A stretch of 64,000 bases of DNA from positions 1-64,000 of the forward strand of contig CAYUTF010000004.1 of NCBI GenBank assembly GCA_964447495.1, in the 5' to 3' direction. Below the pieces are notes generated by a model that made no database searches, was not told where the DNA came from, and saw only the letters and a list, made by a program, of their open reading frames with translations. Below are positions 38,688 through 49,406 of this stretch, piece by piece (the stretch's first letter is position 1; each line of letters begins with the position of its first letter). Source of the DNA: an uncultured archaeon (GTDB lineage: Archaea > Asgardarchaeota > Lokiarchaeia > Sigyniarchaeales > SOKP01). A program made the position numbers and the translations under genes.

Positions 38688-41021
38688 ATGGTCGCAAAGG
38701 AAGCAGGTTATATCTCTCATCCCCTAATCAAGGAAAATTTGGTATTAAGACGTGCATATCAGGAAAAAATTTTTATAAATTGTTTAAAACATAATTGTCT
38801 AGTTGTAATTCCTACTGGATTAGGAAAAACTGTCATTGCTTTAATGTTAGCAGTACAAAAACTATCAGAAAACCCTAATTCGAAAGTTATTTTTTTAGCG
38901 CCAACTAAACCATTAGTTGAGCAACATTATAACTCATTTGTTGATTTAACAACAATCCCAATCGAAAATTTAAAATCAATAACAGGTACAACCGCACCGG
39001 AAAAGCGTAAGGAAATCTGGAAAGAGATTAAAGTAGCCTTTATGACGCCTCAAGTTCTACAAAATGATATTATATCTCAACTTTATCCAATTGATGATGT
39101 GCGTTTAATCATATTTGATGAATGCCATAGAGCAACAGGGGATTATGCTTATGGCTTTATTGCTCAAAAATACATTGAGTCTGTGAGAAATGCTCAAATA
39201 TTAGGATTGACAGCAAGCCCTGGCTCTACAGAAGAAAAGATTAGCGAAATCAAAAATAATTTATATATAGACCATATAGAAATTCGTACTGAGACAGATA
39301 TAGACGTAAAACCGTATATTCACCAAGTAGATAATGAATGGATTAAAATCAAACTTCCTCTGGAATTTATTGAAATAAATCAAATTTTGAAGGAGAAATT
39401 AAAAGCAATTTATAATTGGCTAAAGGAAATTGAACTTTTAGGAACATCAGATATTAATAAAGTAACAAGGAAAGCCCTACTCTCACTTAATAGAATTATT
39501 AATAATAAAATTTCCTCGTCCTTAAATGAAAATGAAAAATTTCAATTATTTAAAGCGAAAAAATTAGTCTCTAATGCAATTAGACTCTCTCATATGGGAG
39601 AATTAATCGAGACTCAGGGGATCAACGCATTAAGTGATTATATTCATAAGAATCAAGAAAAAATAAAAAAAAATACTGCCAATAAATCTCTAAAAGAGTT
39701 ATTTAGTGATGGTGATTTTAAACGTCTCATTAATTTAAGTGACTCTACTAAAGCCAATGGGATTGTTCACCCCAAACTTGAAAAATTAAAATCCCTATTA
39801 CATACGCAGATAATACAAAATGCAGAGTCAAGGATATTAGTATTTTGCCATTTTAGAGATTCGGTTAATAATATTGTTAAGTATCTCAAAAGCGATGAGG
39901 TAATAAAGGTACATCGCTTTGTTGGACAACAATCAAAATCTTCTGATAAAGGATTGACTCAAAAAGAACAAATACAATTATTGGAGGATTTTAAAGAAGG
40001 AATCTATAATACTCTTATTGGTACAAGTGTGGCTGAAGAGGGATTAGATATTGCTGAATGTGATTTGGTAGTGTTTTACGATGTAGTACCAAGCGCAATT
40101 CGTTCAATTCAGCGTCGAGGGCGTACAGGAAGAAGAAAAGAGGGTAAAGTGTATATCCTAATGGCGGAGGGAACAAGAGATGAGGGATATTACTGGGGAG
40201 AAAAGAGGAAAGAAAAGAATATGAAAGATTCTCTTAAAAGGATAAAGGATAAAGAGGATCCTACTAAGAAAGGACAAGCTAATCTATTGGATTTCATAAA
40301 AAAAGAAAAGAAAAATGAATCCAAATCCAAACCTAATGTTTTGTCTATTGATAAGGAACAGATTAATGAAGCTGAGTCTCTTACAATAATATGTGATCAC
40401 CGAGAAACTGCCTCCCCAGTAGTTCGTAATTTATCTATTATTGGTGTAAAGCTCAAATTAGAGCAACTTGAAATAGGTGATTATATTATATCAGACAGGG
40501 TTGGAATTGAGAGAAAATCAGCACAAGATTTTAATGATTCGATTAAGGATGGAAGATTATTTAAAGAACTATTTGATTTAAAGAATAATTTCGAAAGAGC
40601 CATTTTAATATTAGAGGGAGATCCTTTCCTCAATTCAAACTTAAAAGAAAATGCTCTTTATGGAGCTATAACATCAATAATATTAAATTTAGGAATCAAT
40701 TTGTATAAAACTAAGGATCCCGATGAATCTGCTGAATTTCTATATAACTTGGCAAAAAAAGAAAACTCAATTTCAAAAGGAGAGCCAAAATTAAGATTTG
40801 ATAAAAAACCTATCGAAATTTCACATCTGTTAGAATACATTGTAGCAGGTATTCCGGGTATAAATGCTCTTCGTGCTAAAAACTTGTTAAAAGAATTAAA
40901 AACGCTCCAAGAGATATTTAATGCGGATATTGGAGATTTGTTGAAAATCGAAAATATCGGAAAAAAAATAGCTCAAGAAATTTATAAAATTAGTAGATAT
41001 AAATATAAAGAAGATTCATAA
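38688..41021 (+). CDS. hef: Hef: SF2 DEAH-type helicase fused to ERCC4/XPF nuclease (FANCM-like)
   Basis: PTGLGKT, DECHRA, GLTASPG, EEGLDI and QRRGRTGR; C-terminal DHRE...GDY...ERKS...DGRL and HhH motifs. Confidence 0.93.
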   Translation: MVAKEAGYISHPLIKENLVLRRAYQEKIFINCLKHNCLVVIPTGLGKTVIALMLAVQKLSENPNSKVIFLAPTKPLVEQHYNSFVDLTTIPIENLKSITGTTAPEKRKEIWKEIKVAFMTPQVLQNDIISQLYPIDDVRLIIFDECHRATGDYAYGFIAQKYIESVRNAQILGLTASPGSTEEKISEIKNNLYIDHIEIRTETDIDVKPYIHQVDNEWIKIKLPLEFIEINQILKEKLKAIYNWLKEIELLGTSDINKVTRKALLSLNRIINNKISSSLNENEKFQLFKAKKLVSNAIRLSHMGELIETQGINALSDYIHKNQEKIKKNTANKSLKELFSDGDFKRLINLSDSTKANGIVHPKLEKLKSLLHTQIIQNAESRILVFCHFRDSVNNIVKYLKSDEVIKVHRFVGQQSKSSDKGLTQKEQIQLLEDFKEGIYNTLIGTSVAEEGLDIAECDLVVFYDVVPSAIRSIQRRGRTGRRKEGKVYILMAEGTRDEGYYWGEKRKEKNMKDSLKRIKDKEDPTKKGQANLLDFIKKEKKNESKSKPNVLSIDKEQINEAESLTIICDHRETASPVVRNLSIIGVKLKLEQLEIGDYIISDRVGIERKSAQDFNDSIKDGRLFKELFDLKNNFERAILILEGDPFLNSNLKENALYGAITSIILNLGINLYKTKDPDESAEFLYNLAKKENSISKGEPKLRFDKKPIEISHLLEYIVAGIPGINALRAKNLLKELKTLQEIFNADIGDLLKIENIGKKIAQEIYKISRYKYKEDS

Positions 41022-41138
41022 TTATTATTCAATTAAAAATCATAAATTATATTTTTATTGGTAAATCTGATATTATATAATAGCAAATATTTTTAAAATT
41101 AATTTAAAAATTATGCTAAAATTACGATTTTATAATAA

Positions 41139-41741
41139 TTGGTGGTAAATATAATCAAATTCAAAGTCGTGGTTGCCGGAGCAAAAAATGTAGGCAAAAC
41201 ATCCTTAATTAGGCGCTACGCAACAGGGAAGTTTGATAAGTCGACTCTATCAACGATAGGAGTAGATTTCGAGACTAAAAAGGTCGTTGTAGATGATACA
41301 GAAGTATTACTTAACATTTGGGATTTTGCTGGAGAACGTAAATTCCGTTTGCTATTACCTTCCTATGTTTCAGGTGCTTCAGGGGCATTGATACTATACG
41401 ACATAACTAACAAAGATTCATTGGAAGATCTTCATAATTGGATGAATGTTATCTCTTCAGTACCTAATAGTCCTAAAACCAAAATATTAATTGAGGCAAA
41501 AATCGATTTAGAAGATCAAAGAGAAATTACGGCTGAACAAGGTAAAGAAGTTTATAATATGTATGACTTCAAGGGTGAAATCATAGGAACTTCATCAAAA
41601 ACAGGAGAAAATGTCGAGAAAGTTTTTGAAATGCTCGGAAGAGAAATTCTTAATAATTCATTAAAGAAATGTTCCAACTGTGGGAAACATTATCCTCTTG
41701 AATTAAAATTCTGCCAATTTTGTGGAAATCGTACTAAATAA
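41139..41741 (+). CDS. Rab-like small GTPase with C-terminal zinc ribbon
   Basis: G1 GAKNVGKT, G2 STIGVDF, G3 IWDFAGE, G4 variant AKID, G5 TSSKTG and C-terminal CSNC...CQFCG. Confidence 0.88.
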   Translation: MVVNIIKFKVVVAGAKNVGKTSLIRRYATGKFDKSTLSTIGVDFETKKVVVDDTEVLLNIWDFAGERKFRLLLPSYVSGASGALILYDITNKDSLEDLHNWMNVISSVPNSPKTKILIEAKIDLEDQREITAEQGKEVYNMYDFKGEIIGTSSKTGENVEKVFEMLGREILNNSLKKCSNCGKHYPLELKFCQFCGNRTK

Positions 41742-41888
41742 TTTGATAACATTTTCATTTCTTTCTTAATTCTTCAACCTTGCTCTTATATTATGATTCA
41801 TTTCTTTAAAATACAAAAATCTTAAAGAAAATACTAAATTAAAATTAAATTAAAGTTAAATTTTATTTTTACGTGAAGGTTTTTTAAA

Positions 41889-42956
41889 TTGAATTATGAT
41901 ATTAACCAAGATATAAAGGAAATTTCTAATCGTTTATCTAAAGATGGAATAACGTTTAAAGATAAAACAATTCTTGTTTCTGGTGGAGCCGGGTTCTTAG
42001 GGTCATGGGTGTGTGACGTTTTAGTAAGTCAAGGTGCTGAAGTTATTTGTTTAGATAATCTCTCCTCTGGAAGAGCAGTTAATATTTCACATTTAATGAA
42101 TAAAGACAATTTTCGATTTATTAATCATGACATCTCAAAACCAATATATTTTGGTTTTAGTTATCATCCAAATGGAATTTCTATCGGAGATATTAAAAAA
42201 ATAGATTTTGTTATGCATATGGCAAGTAGAGCATCTCCATTTGAGTTTGAAAGATACCCAATTTCAATCTTAAAAAGTAATACATTCGGAACTATGAATA
42301 TGTTAGGAATAGCAAAGACACATAGTGCTGTATTTTTTTATACTAGCACATCAGAAACGTATGGTAATCCCCCAGATGACGCAATTCCAACCCCAGAAAT
42401 ATACTTTGGAAATGTAAACCCCACAGGACCAAGAAGTTGTTATGATGAATCAAAAAGAGCGGGTGAAGCTTTTGTAAAAGCTTATGAACTCGAACATGAT
42501 ATAAAAGCTAAAATAGTTAGAATTTTTAATACATCAGGCCCGAGAATACGGCATGGACCTCATTTTGGAAGAGTTGTGCCAAATTTCATCCATCAAGCAT
42601 TAAATAATGAAGATATTACTATTTTTGGTGATGGGTCACAAACTCGATCTTTTATTTATATTGTAGATGAAATTGAAGGGATTTTAAAAATCGTATATAA
42701 GGATGAAGCAACTGGTGAAGTTATTAATTTAGGAAATAACATTGAATACACTATTATAGAATTAGCCAAAATCATAATAAAGTTAACAGAGTCTAATTCA
42801 AAGATGATATTTAAACCGTTACCTGTTGATGATCCTATAAGAAGATGTCCAGATATCTCAAAAGCAAAAAGATTATTGAATTGGGAACCTACTACTCCTT
42901 TAGAGGAAGGTCTAAGAAAAACTATTGCTTGGTTTAAAGAATATGAAGGGAAATAA
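41889..42956 (+). CDS. NAD-dependent epimerase/dehydratase, UDP-glucuronate decarboxylase-like
   Basis: SGGAGFLG, TSTSETYG, GNVNPTGPRSCYDESKR, GDGSQTRSF and DDPIRRCPDI. Confidence 0.88.
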   Translation: MNYDINQDIKEISNRLSKDGITFKDKTILVSGGAGFLGSWVCDVLVSQGAEVICLDNLSSGRAVNISHLMNKDNFRFINHDISKPIYFGFSYHPNGISIGDIKKIDFVMHMASRASPFEFERYPISILKSNTFGTMNMLGIAKTHSAVFFYTSTSETYGNPPDDAIPTPEIYFGNVNPTGPRSCYDESKRAGEAFVKAYELEHDIKAKIVRIFNTSGPRIRHGPHFGRVVPNFIHQALNNEDITIFGDGSQTRSFIYIVDEIEGILKIVYKDEATGEVINLGNNIEYTIIELAKIIIKLTESNSKMIFKPLPVDDPIRRCPDISKAKRLLNWEPTTPLEEGLRKTIAWFKEYEGK

Positions 42957-43464
42957 TCACATATCAGAAAGTAAAGAAATACGGGAAAACCGTAAAATAT
43001 TTGAAAAACTCGTCAAAATTTCTTTATTAATAGGGATATGTGTAGTTTCAGGGTTTATCATTTATTATGCATTGACTCCCGAACCGGGATATGTTTATTT
43101 TGCTGTATTGGAGGATGGTGAAGAATTAGAAAATTACACAAAAGTAGCAAAAGTAGGAGAACCTATCAATTTTTCTGTTATTGTAGGTAATTATTTGAAT
43201 CATGATTATAGATTTCGAGTAAAAATATTGAAAGGAAATAATAACACAATTTTATACCCAGGCCCTTCAAATGGGACATTATATCGCACATTGGAGAACA
43301 CAACACTAGCTCATAATACAGTTTGGGTTTCTGATATTGTGAACGTGACTTTTAGTCAAACTGGTTCAAATCAGTTAATAATTATTGAGTTATGGAATAT
43401 AAAATCTGAAGTTGAATATTTTTTTAATATTCTCTTACTCAAGTTAAATATCACTCTTAGCTAA
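42925..43464 (+). CDS. Membrane-anchored beta-rich protein (DUF1616-like)
   Basis: Single N-terminal TM helix followed by a beta-rich domain with several N-x-S/T sequons. Probable start is the ATG near 42943. Confidence 0.6.
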   Translation: MLGLKNMKGNNHISESKEIRENRKIFEKLVKISLLIGICVVSGFIIYYALTPEPGYVYFAVLEDGEELENYTKVAKVGEPINFSVIVGNYLNHDYRFRVKILKGNNNTILYPGPSNGTLYRTLENTTLAHNTVWVSDIVNVTFSQTGSNQLIIIELWNIKSEVEYFFNILLLKLNITLS

Positions 43465-44830
43465 CACTACCAATGATCTGAACCTCACTTATTTTTACAT
43501 ACGGTGCTTGAAGTGAGCCGTATATCTTAAATTCTTTAGAAATCGCTTCAATTTTTTTAAATAAATCTAAAAGATTTACTGCCAACATTGTTTCATTGAG
43601 TGGTTCTTTCATTTCTCCATTTTTTATGACATTTCCTTGTAAAATTAATCCAGAAAAATCTCCTGTTGTTAAGTTTGGTCTATCACCAGTATAATTTAGA
43701 AGAATTCCTTCTTTTGTATCATTAAAAAGTTCATCCTTACTAATATTCCCTGGTTTTAAGAGAAAATTAGAAATTCCAATTTTGGGAATAGAGCTATATG
43801 AGGATCGAGCAGCATTACCAGTACTTTCAACTCCTTCTTTACTAGCAGTATAAAAATTATGAAGTAATCCCTGTTTCTGAAAAACACCATTTATTATAAT
43901 TTGTTTATTGCGACAAGGAATACCTTCTGCATCGAATATTGATGATCCTACAGCTCCATCATAGAGAGCATTATCATCAATATTGAGTTTTTCTGTACCT
44001 ATAGTTTCTCCACGTAAACCAACAAGAAAACTCCTGTTATATTGGAAAGATTCCGCATTTATCGCTGCAGCTAATGGCTTTAATATAATATTAATTGTCC
44101 CTTGAGGTGTTAGAATCAAGGGTACTTTCATTTTTTTAATCTTTTTCCTATTTAAATTTACCTTTGCATTGTTAAGAGCTATTTTAGCCACATTTATTGC
44201 ATCAATATTCTTTAACTCTCTTTCAGTTTGATATTCAAATCCAAATGAAGTATCATTAGTTATTTTGTCCTTTACAATCATATTTGAGGATATTGAGCAT
44301 AAAGATTCTTTGGAATAAGCTTCTAATCCATTAGAATTGAATATAAATGTTTTTGAAAAACTCACTGAAAAATTTCCAGATTGTGATATTGCCATATCAT
44401 CGTTGTTGCATATGCTAATTATGTCATTTATATAGTTTGTAGTATCTTCTATTGTTAAGTTTCTTATTTTCTTATCATAGAGTAAATTAACTTTAGGATA
44501 TGTACTAGGAGGTGGAATATCCTTAAACTCAGGATCAGGTGTTCCAGAGCTCATCATTTTTAAAGCATTATCAATGATTTTTCGAATGATTTTTTTTTCT
44601 ATTCTATTAGCAAAAGAAAAACCTAAAGCCCCACGATTATCAAAAACTCTTACAGAAAATCCATTATCAAATCCAATTTCATTATTTTTTATTGAATTCT
44701 CTTCAATTTCAACACTAATATCTTTATTTAAAGAAAAATAAATTTCTATGCCCTTGAGTTTAGAATCAGTCTTATTTGCATAATTCAATCCAAATCTTGC
44801 TAAACTATAGATATCAGGTTTGGTCTCCAT
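43457..44830 (-). CDS. pmbA: TldE/PmbA family protein
   Basis: FDAEGIP, STGNAAR and NLTTGDFS; lacks HExxH; paired with tldD. Confidence 0.85.
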   Translation of the reverse strand: METKPDIYSLARFGLNYANKTDSKLKGIEIYFSLNKDISVEIEENSIKNNEIGFDNGFSVRVFDNRGALGFSFANRIEKKIIRKIIDNALKMMSSGTPDPEFKDIPPPSTYPKVNLLYDKKIRNLTIEDTTNYINDIISICNNDDMAISQSGNFSVSFSKTFIFNSNGLEAYSKESLCSISSNMIVKDKITNDTSFGFEYQTERELKNIDAINVAKIALNNAKVNLNRKKIKKMKVPLILTPQGTINIILKPLAAAINAESFQYNRSFLVGLRGETIGTEKLNIDDNALYDGAVGSSIFDAEGIPCRNKQIIINGVFQKQGLLHNFYTASKEGVESTGNAARSSYSSIPKIGISNFLLKPGNISKDELFNDTKEGILLNYTGDRPNLTTGDFSGLILQGNVIKNGEMKEPLNETMLAVNLLDLFKKIEAISKEFKIYGSLQAPYVKISEVQIIGSVS

Positions 44831-46282
44831 TTAATTTAGACCTCCAAGAGTTAATTGTTCGATTCTAATATAGGGTCCACCATCACAAACTCTTAATCCC
44901 TGACCCCCTTTACCACAAACACCATCAGAATAGCTAAAAGTATCAACATTACCGATAGCAGAAATTTTATTTAAGACTTCCAAAGTCATACCAGAAAGCG
45001 CTACATCTCTTAAAATTTCCTTTTTTTCCCCATTCTCGATTTTATAAGATAACTTGCATTTGAATTGAAAGTTTCCAGTAGTAGGATCGGTATAACCATA
45101 TTGAAAATCCTCGCATAAGACGCCTAGTTTTGTATCTTTAATCATCTCGTCCAGAGTCCAATCTTTAGGTTCAAGATATGTAAAACCCATCCTAACTTGA
45201 GGTTTTGAAACATTAGAGTTGGCTCTGCCATGACCATTAGGAGCTTCATTCATCCGTGAAGAGGTTTCTAAGTTATGTAAAAAATTTTTTAGAACACCAT
45301 GCTCAATTAATTTTGTTTTTTGTGATTTTATGCCTTCTTCATCGAAGGGATAACTTCCGTATAATTCATAATTTAAATCAAATTTCTTACCTTGACCCAT
45401 TGTTGGATCATCAATAATATTTATCTCATCTATAGCAACTTTTTGACCAATTTTACCTTCTAGTATACTTTCTTTATTTAATATTAAATCTGCTTCACAT
45501 GCGTGCCCAAATGCCTCATGAATAAAAGTACCTGTTAATTTTGGATCCATTATTACAGTAAATTTACCTCCAACGGGTGATTTTGCGGATAACAATTCAA
45601 TTGCTTGCTTAGCGGATTTCAAACTTATATTTTGAGCAGTTTCATTTTCTAATATCTCAAAGCCCCCTATCCCACCAACAGAATTTAATCCATTTTGAGT
45701 GATACCATTTTCATTTGCATATACAGAAGAAAATAATCGTAACATCTCATATTCTTGATTTAGAAAACTACCAAATGAATCTATAAAAAGGGAGTGGATA
45801 TATCTGTCTAAATATACAGTTCGGGTATTTTTTACTTGGCTAGAAAAGTTGGAAGCGATTTTCTCATGCTCTTTTACAATAGCTATTTTTTGGTCAATTT
45901 CTGTATCTTTAATGGCTTTTTTACTTGAAATTTTGACGTTTTTATTTATAGGTTTTCTATCTTGTATTTTAAATTTAGTTTTTGATAACTTTTCTGATTG
46001 AATAGCTAACTTAATCGCTGTTAAAAAGCCCTCGAGTATTGATGACTTATTAATATCATTTAAGGTATAAAAACCCCAACCTCCATTTAGAAAACTACGA
46101 ATTCCACAATTAAATATTTCATAAGAACTAACTTCTTTACTTCTTTGATTTGTAAAATCTAAATTTGTTCCTAAATTCAATCCTGCCCTAATATCCCAGT
46201 AATCTATCTTATTATAAGATATTTGGTTCAATTTTTTGATGAGATTATCGTCGAAAACCTTTAGTTCCTCAATTAACTCCAT
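44831..46282 (-). CDS. tldD: TldD family metalloprotease
   Basis: FIHEAFGHACEAD, FDEEG, GHGRA and GVCGKGGQ...VCDGGP. Confidence 0.9.
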   Translation of the reverse strand: MELIEELKVFDDNLIKKLNQISYNKIDYWDIRAGLNLGTNLDFTNQRSKEVSSYEIFNCGIRSFLNGGWGFYTLNDINKSSILEGFLTAIKLAIQSEKLSKTKFKIQDRKPINKNVKISSKKAIKDTEIDQKIAIVKEHEKIASNFSSQVKNTRTVYLDRYIHSLFIDSFGSFLNQEYEMLRLFSSVYANENGITQNGLNSVGGIGGFEILENETAQNISLKSAKQAIELLSAKSPVGGKFTVIMDPKLTGTFIHEAFGHACEADLILNKESILEGKIGQKVAIDEINIIDDPTMGQGKKFDLNYELYGSYPFDEEGIKSQKTKLIEHGVLKNFLHNLETSSRMNEAPNGHGRANSNVSKPQVRMGFTYLEPKDWTLDEMIKDTKLGVLCEDFQYGYTDPTTGNFQFKCKLSYKIENGEKKEILRDVALSGMTLEVLNKISAIGNVDTFSYSDGVCGKGGQGLRVCDGGPYIRIEQLTLGGLN

Positions 46283-46386
46283 AAATGTTAACCAAAAAAT
46301 AAGTTATTCCAAATTTAAGCCATATAATATATAACTAATATATTATAGAAAAGACAAGGATGTAAGCTTAATTAATTTTTATATTT

Positions 46387-46617
46387 CTATTTATTTAAAA
46401 AATGAGAGAGCTTTTCTTTTTGAGTTCCTTCTTTCAATTGTTTAATTATTGTGATTGCTGTGTTAATAGTGCAAGTTTTTGAGAATTTAATCGAATTTTT
46501 AAATTGAAAAGAATGATTGCATCTCCAACATTTTTTTGATTTGATTCTTTTATTAGAATAATACCAGGCGCCACAGTGGTAACACCTATAAAAAAAAAAT
46601 TGTTGTGAATAAGGCAT
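46387..46617 (-). CDS. Small zinc-ribbon protein (DUF1922-like)
   Basis: FYRCYHCG...KKCWRCN. Confidence 0.6.
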   Translation of the reverse strand: MPYSQQFFFYRCYHCGAWYYSNKRIKSKKCWRCNHSFQFKNSIKFSKTCTINTAITIIKQLKEGTQKEKLSHFLNK

Positions 46618-46794
46618 CTTATTATCATCCTATTTCTGATTGCTTTTAATTGCTCTCAGCAATATGAATTACTAATTTATTAATAAAAATCTACTTATTT
46701 TTAGATTAAAATAATTCTTAACTAAAATTTAAGAAAATAATAATAGGGAATAAAAAATTATTTTAATTAAGAGATTTAAAATTATATACTTATT

Positions 46795-48153
46795 ATGACA
46801 CATAAGTTTGTAAATCCAATAGAAACACGCTATAGAACTGAAATTGCTGCGTTGTTTACTGAAGAAAGAAAGCTTGAAAATTGGTTAAAAGTTGAAGCGG
46901 TATTAGCTAAAGTCCATGCCCAATTAGGCAATATCCCTCAAGATGCGGCTCTTGAAATCAATAAAAAAGCTAATCTAACTTATGTTAAGCTCGATCGGGT
47001 TAAAGAAATAGACAAAGAGATTCATCATGATTTAATGGCCATGGTAAAAGCTCTAACGGAACAATGTAAAGGAGATGCGGGCAAATATATTCATTTAGGC
47101 GCGACCAGCTATGATATAGAAGATACCGCTTTTGCACTACAACTAAGAGAAGCGTTGCTATATACACAAGATTCTCTAAAGAGTTTATTAAAGGAACTAA
47201 TTAATATCGTAGAAATGAAGAAAAACTTAGTTTGTATAGGCAGAACTCATGGTCAACATGCAATTCCTACTACCTATGGCATGAGGTTCGGAGTTTGGGC
47301 TTATGAAATTGATAGACATCTTGATAGATTAGAGCAAGTACTCCAGCGTATTTCTTATGGAAAGATGTCAGGAGCAGTTGGAACTATGGCAAGTTTTACG
47401 GAGAAAGGTTTTCAAATCCAAGAGAATCTAATGAAGGAACTTAATTTAAATACATTATTAATTTCAAATCAAATTATCCAAAGAGATCGGCATGCTGAAG
47501 TTATTTTTTTAACTGTTTTAATTTCTCAAACTTTAGCTAAGATTGCGAGACAATTTAGAATTTTACAACGAAATGAAATTGCAGAGATGTTTGAACCCTT
47601 CAAAGAAAGTCAAGTTGGAAGTTCCACAATGCCCCATAAGAGAAACCCACATAAATCTGAAAGAATTTGTAGTCTAGCTCGTTTAATCAAATCAAATATT
47701 ATTCCCGCATTGGATAATATTATTTTAGAAGATGAGAGGGATCTTACCAATTCTGCAAATGAGAGAATTATTTTTGCTGAAAATTTCATACTTTTAGACT
47801 ATATAATTAAAGAATTGATTTTTAACCTGCAAAATATTGTTTTTGATGAGAGAAAAATTGAAAATAATTTAAATCTCACGAAAGGCGCATGCTTAGCTGA
47901 GAAAGTTATGGTCAGTTTAGTTAATAAAGGAATAGGAAGACAAGAAAGCCATGAGATTCTTAGAAAAGCCGTAATTAAAGCAAAAAATGAAAATTTATTG
48001 ATTAAAGATATTTTGGCTCAAGATAAGTTAATATCAAGTAAATTTACATTAGAGGAATTGGATAATTTATTGAATCCACATATTTATATTGGAGAAGCAA
48101 AAACATTAACTGAGAATCTTGTAAAATATATTAAAAAGAAATATCAATTTTAA
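46795..48153 (+). CDS. purB: Adenylosuccinate lyase
   Basis: HHDLMA, IHLGATSYD, GRTHGQHA and signature GSSTMPHKRNP. Confidence 0.93.
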   Translation: MTHKFVNPIETRYRTEIAALFTEERKLENWLKVEAVLAKVHAQLGNIPQDAALEINKKANLTYVKLDRVKEIDKEIHHDLMAMVKALTEQCKGDAGKYIHLGATSYDIEDTAFALQLREALLYTQDSLKSLLKELINIVEMKKNLVCIGRTHGQHAIPTTYGMRFGVWAYEIDRHLDRLEQVLQRISYGKMSGAVGTMASFTEKGFQIQENLMKELNLNTLLISNQIIQRDRHAEVIFLTVLISQTLAKIARQFRILQRNEIAEMFEPFKESQVGSSTMPHKRNPHKSERICSLARLIKSNIIPALDNIILEDERDLTNSANERIIFAENFILLDYIIKELIFNLQNIVFDERKIENNLNLTKGACLAEKVMVSLVNKGIGRQESHEILRKAVIKAKNENLLIKDILAQDKLISSKFTLEELDNLLNPHIYIGEAKTLTENLVKYIKKKYQF

Positions 48154-48155
48154 TC

Positions 48156-49346
48156 ATGACTGATAATCTAGATATTTACTCAAAACTAGGAGTATCTTCA
48201 AAAAAGGATGATGTTCATAAAGCAATTAATGCACTTGATAAAGGTATATTCCCAGGCGCTTTTTGTAAAATCGTAAATGATGTTGAGAATCGTAATTCTC
48301 ATTGCTCAATATTTCATTCTGATGGTGCGGGAACAAAAGCAAGTTTAGCCTATATGTATTTCAGAGAAACCAATGACATTGAAATTTTTAGGGGAATAGT
48401 AAAGGATGCTGTAGTTATGAATATTGATGATATCTTATGTGTAGGAGCTACTGGTAATTATTTTATATCAAATAATATAGGAAGAAATAGTAAATTTATA
48501 ACTGGAAATATAATATCCGTTATTATTGATGAGTATGATAAATTCAGTAAAAAATTATCGAATTTAGGGTTAAGTACTATATTATGTGGGGGAGAGACTG
48601 CTGATGTGGGTGATATTGTAAAAACAATTCTTGTAGATGCTTCTGCTTTTACCACTATGAAAAGAAAGGACGTTATTAATACTGTAAATATTAAAAAAGG
48701 AGACGTGATAGTTGGTTTAGCAAGTTCTGGAAAAGCAATATATGAAGATGAATTTAACAGCGGAATAGGAAGCAATGGATTGACATTAGCTCGGCATGGT
48801 GTTCTATCACATGACTATTATCAGAAATATCCTGAGTGTTACGACCAAAATCTTGATGAGAAGTTTCTTTTTTTTGGTAATTATAAGTTAACTGATTTTG
48901 TTAAGGAATTAAGTTTAACTACTGGAAAGGCGCTTTTATCTCCAACTAGAACCTATGCCCCTATTGTTCTAGAAGTATTAAAAAACTATAGAGCGTCTAT
49001 TCATGGCATTATACATAATACTGGTGGAGGTCAGACGAAGGATTTGAATTATGGCCGAGGGATAAAATATGTCAAAGATAATTTCTTCAAAATTCCAAGA
49101 ATATTTGAAATTATTCAGAGATCTTCTGAAACTAGCTGGAAAGAAATGTATCAAGTTTTTAATATGGGACATAGAATGGAATTCTTTACAAATGAAGAAA
49201 TTGCAAAGGAAATAATAAAAATTGCAAATAAGTTCAATGTGGAGTCTAAGATTATAGGTTATTGTGATAATTCTCCTTCTGATTCAGAGAATCATCTTGT
49301 TATTAATTCTGAATTTGGTTCATTCAATTATAGTAGACATATATAA
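48156..49346 (+). CDS. purM: Phosphoribosylformylglycinamidine cyclo-ligase (AIR synthase), long type
   Basis: HSDGAGTK, MNIDD, GGETADVGD, GIGSNGLTLARH, LSPTRTY, HNTGGG and MYQVFNMG. Confidence 0.88.
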   Translation: MTDNLDIYSKLGVSSKKDDVHKAINALDKGIFPGAFCKIVNDVENRNSHCSIFHSDGAGTKASLAYMYFRETNDIEIFRGIVKDAVVMNIDDILCVGATGNYFISNNIGRNSKFITGNIISVIIDEYDKFSKKLSNLGLSTILCGGETADVGDIVKTILVDASAFTTMKRKDVINTVNIKKGDVIVGLASSGKAIYEDEFNSGIGSNGLTLARHGVLSHDYYQKYPECYDQNLDEKFLFFGNYKLTDFVKELSLTTGKALLSPTRTYAPIVLEVLKNYRASIHGIIHNTGGGQTKDLNYGRGIKYVKDNFFKIPRIFEIIQRSSETSWKEMYQVFNMGHRMEFFTNEEIAKEIIKIANKFNVESKIIGYCDNSPSDSENHLVINSEFGSFNYSRHI

Positions 49347-49406
49347 AATTTTTGAGAGTTGATGTGAATTTTTGATGTAATCTGCATAGGAGCTGCCCTT
49401 GTAGAT

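Noticed and set aside
38400-38690. tRNA-Val as an integration site for a mobile element
   Set aside because: No integrase nearby, I saw no duplicated tRNA 3' end in the window, and the flanks are core genes (rpoK, hef).
46446-46628. 60-aa ORF overlapping the zinc-ribbon ORF in another frame
   Set aside because: The alternative frame 46387..46617 has a coherent CxxC...CxxC motif; this one has none.
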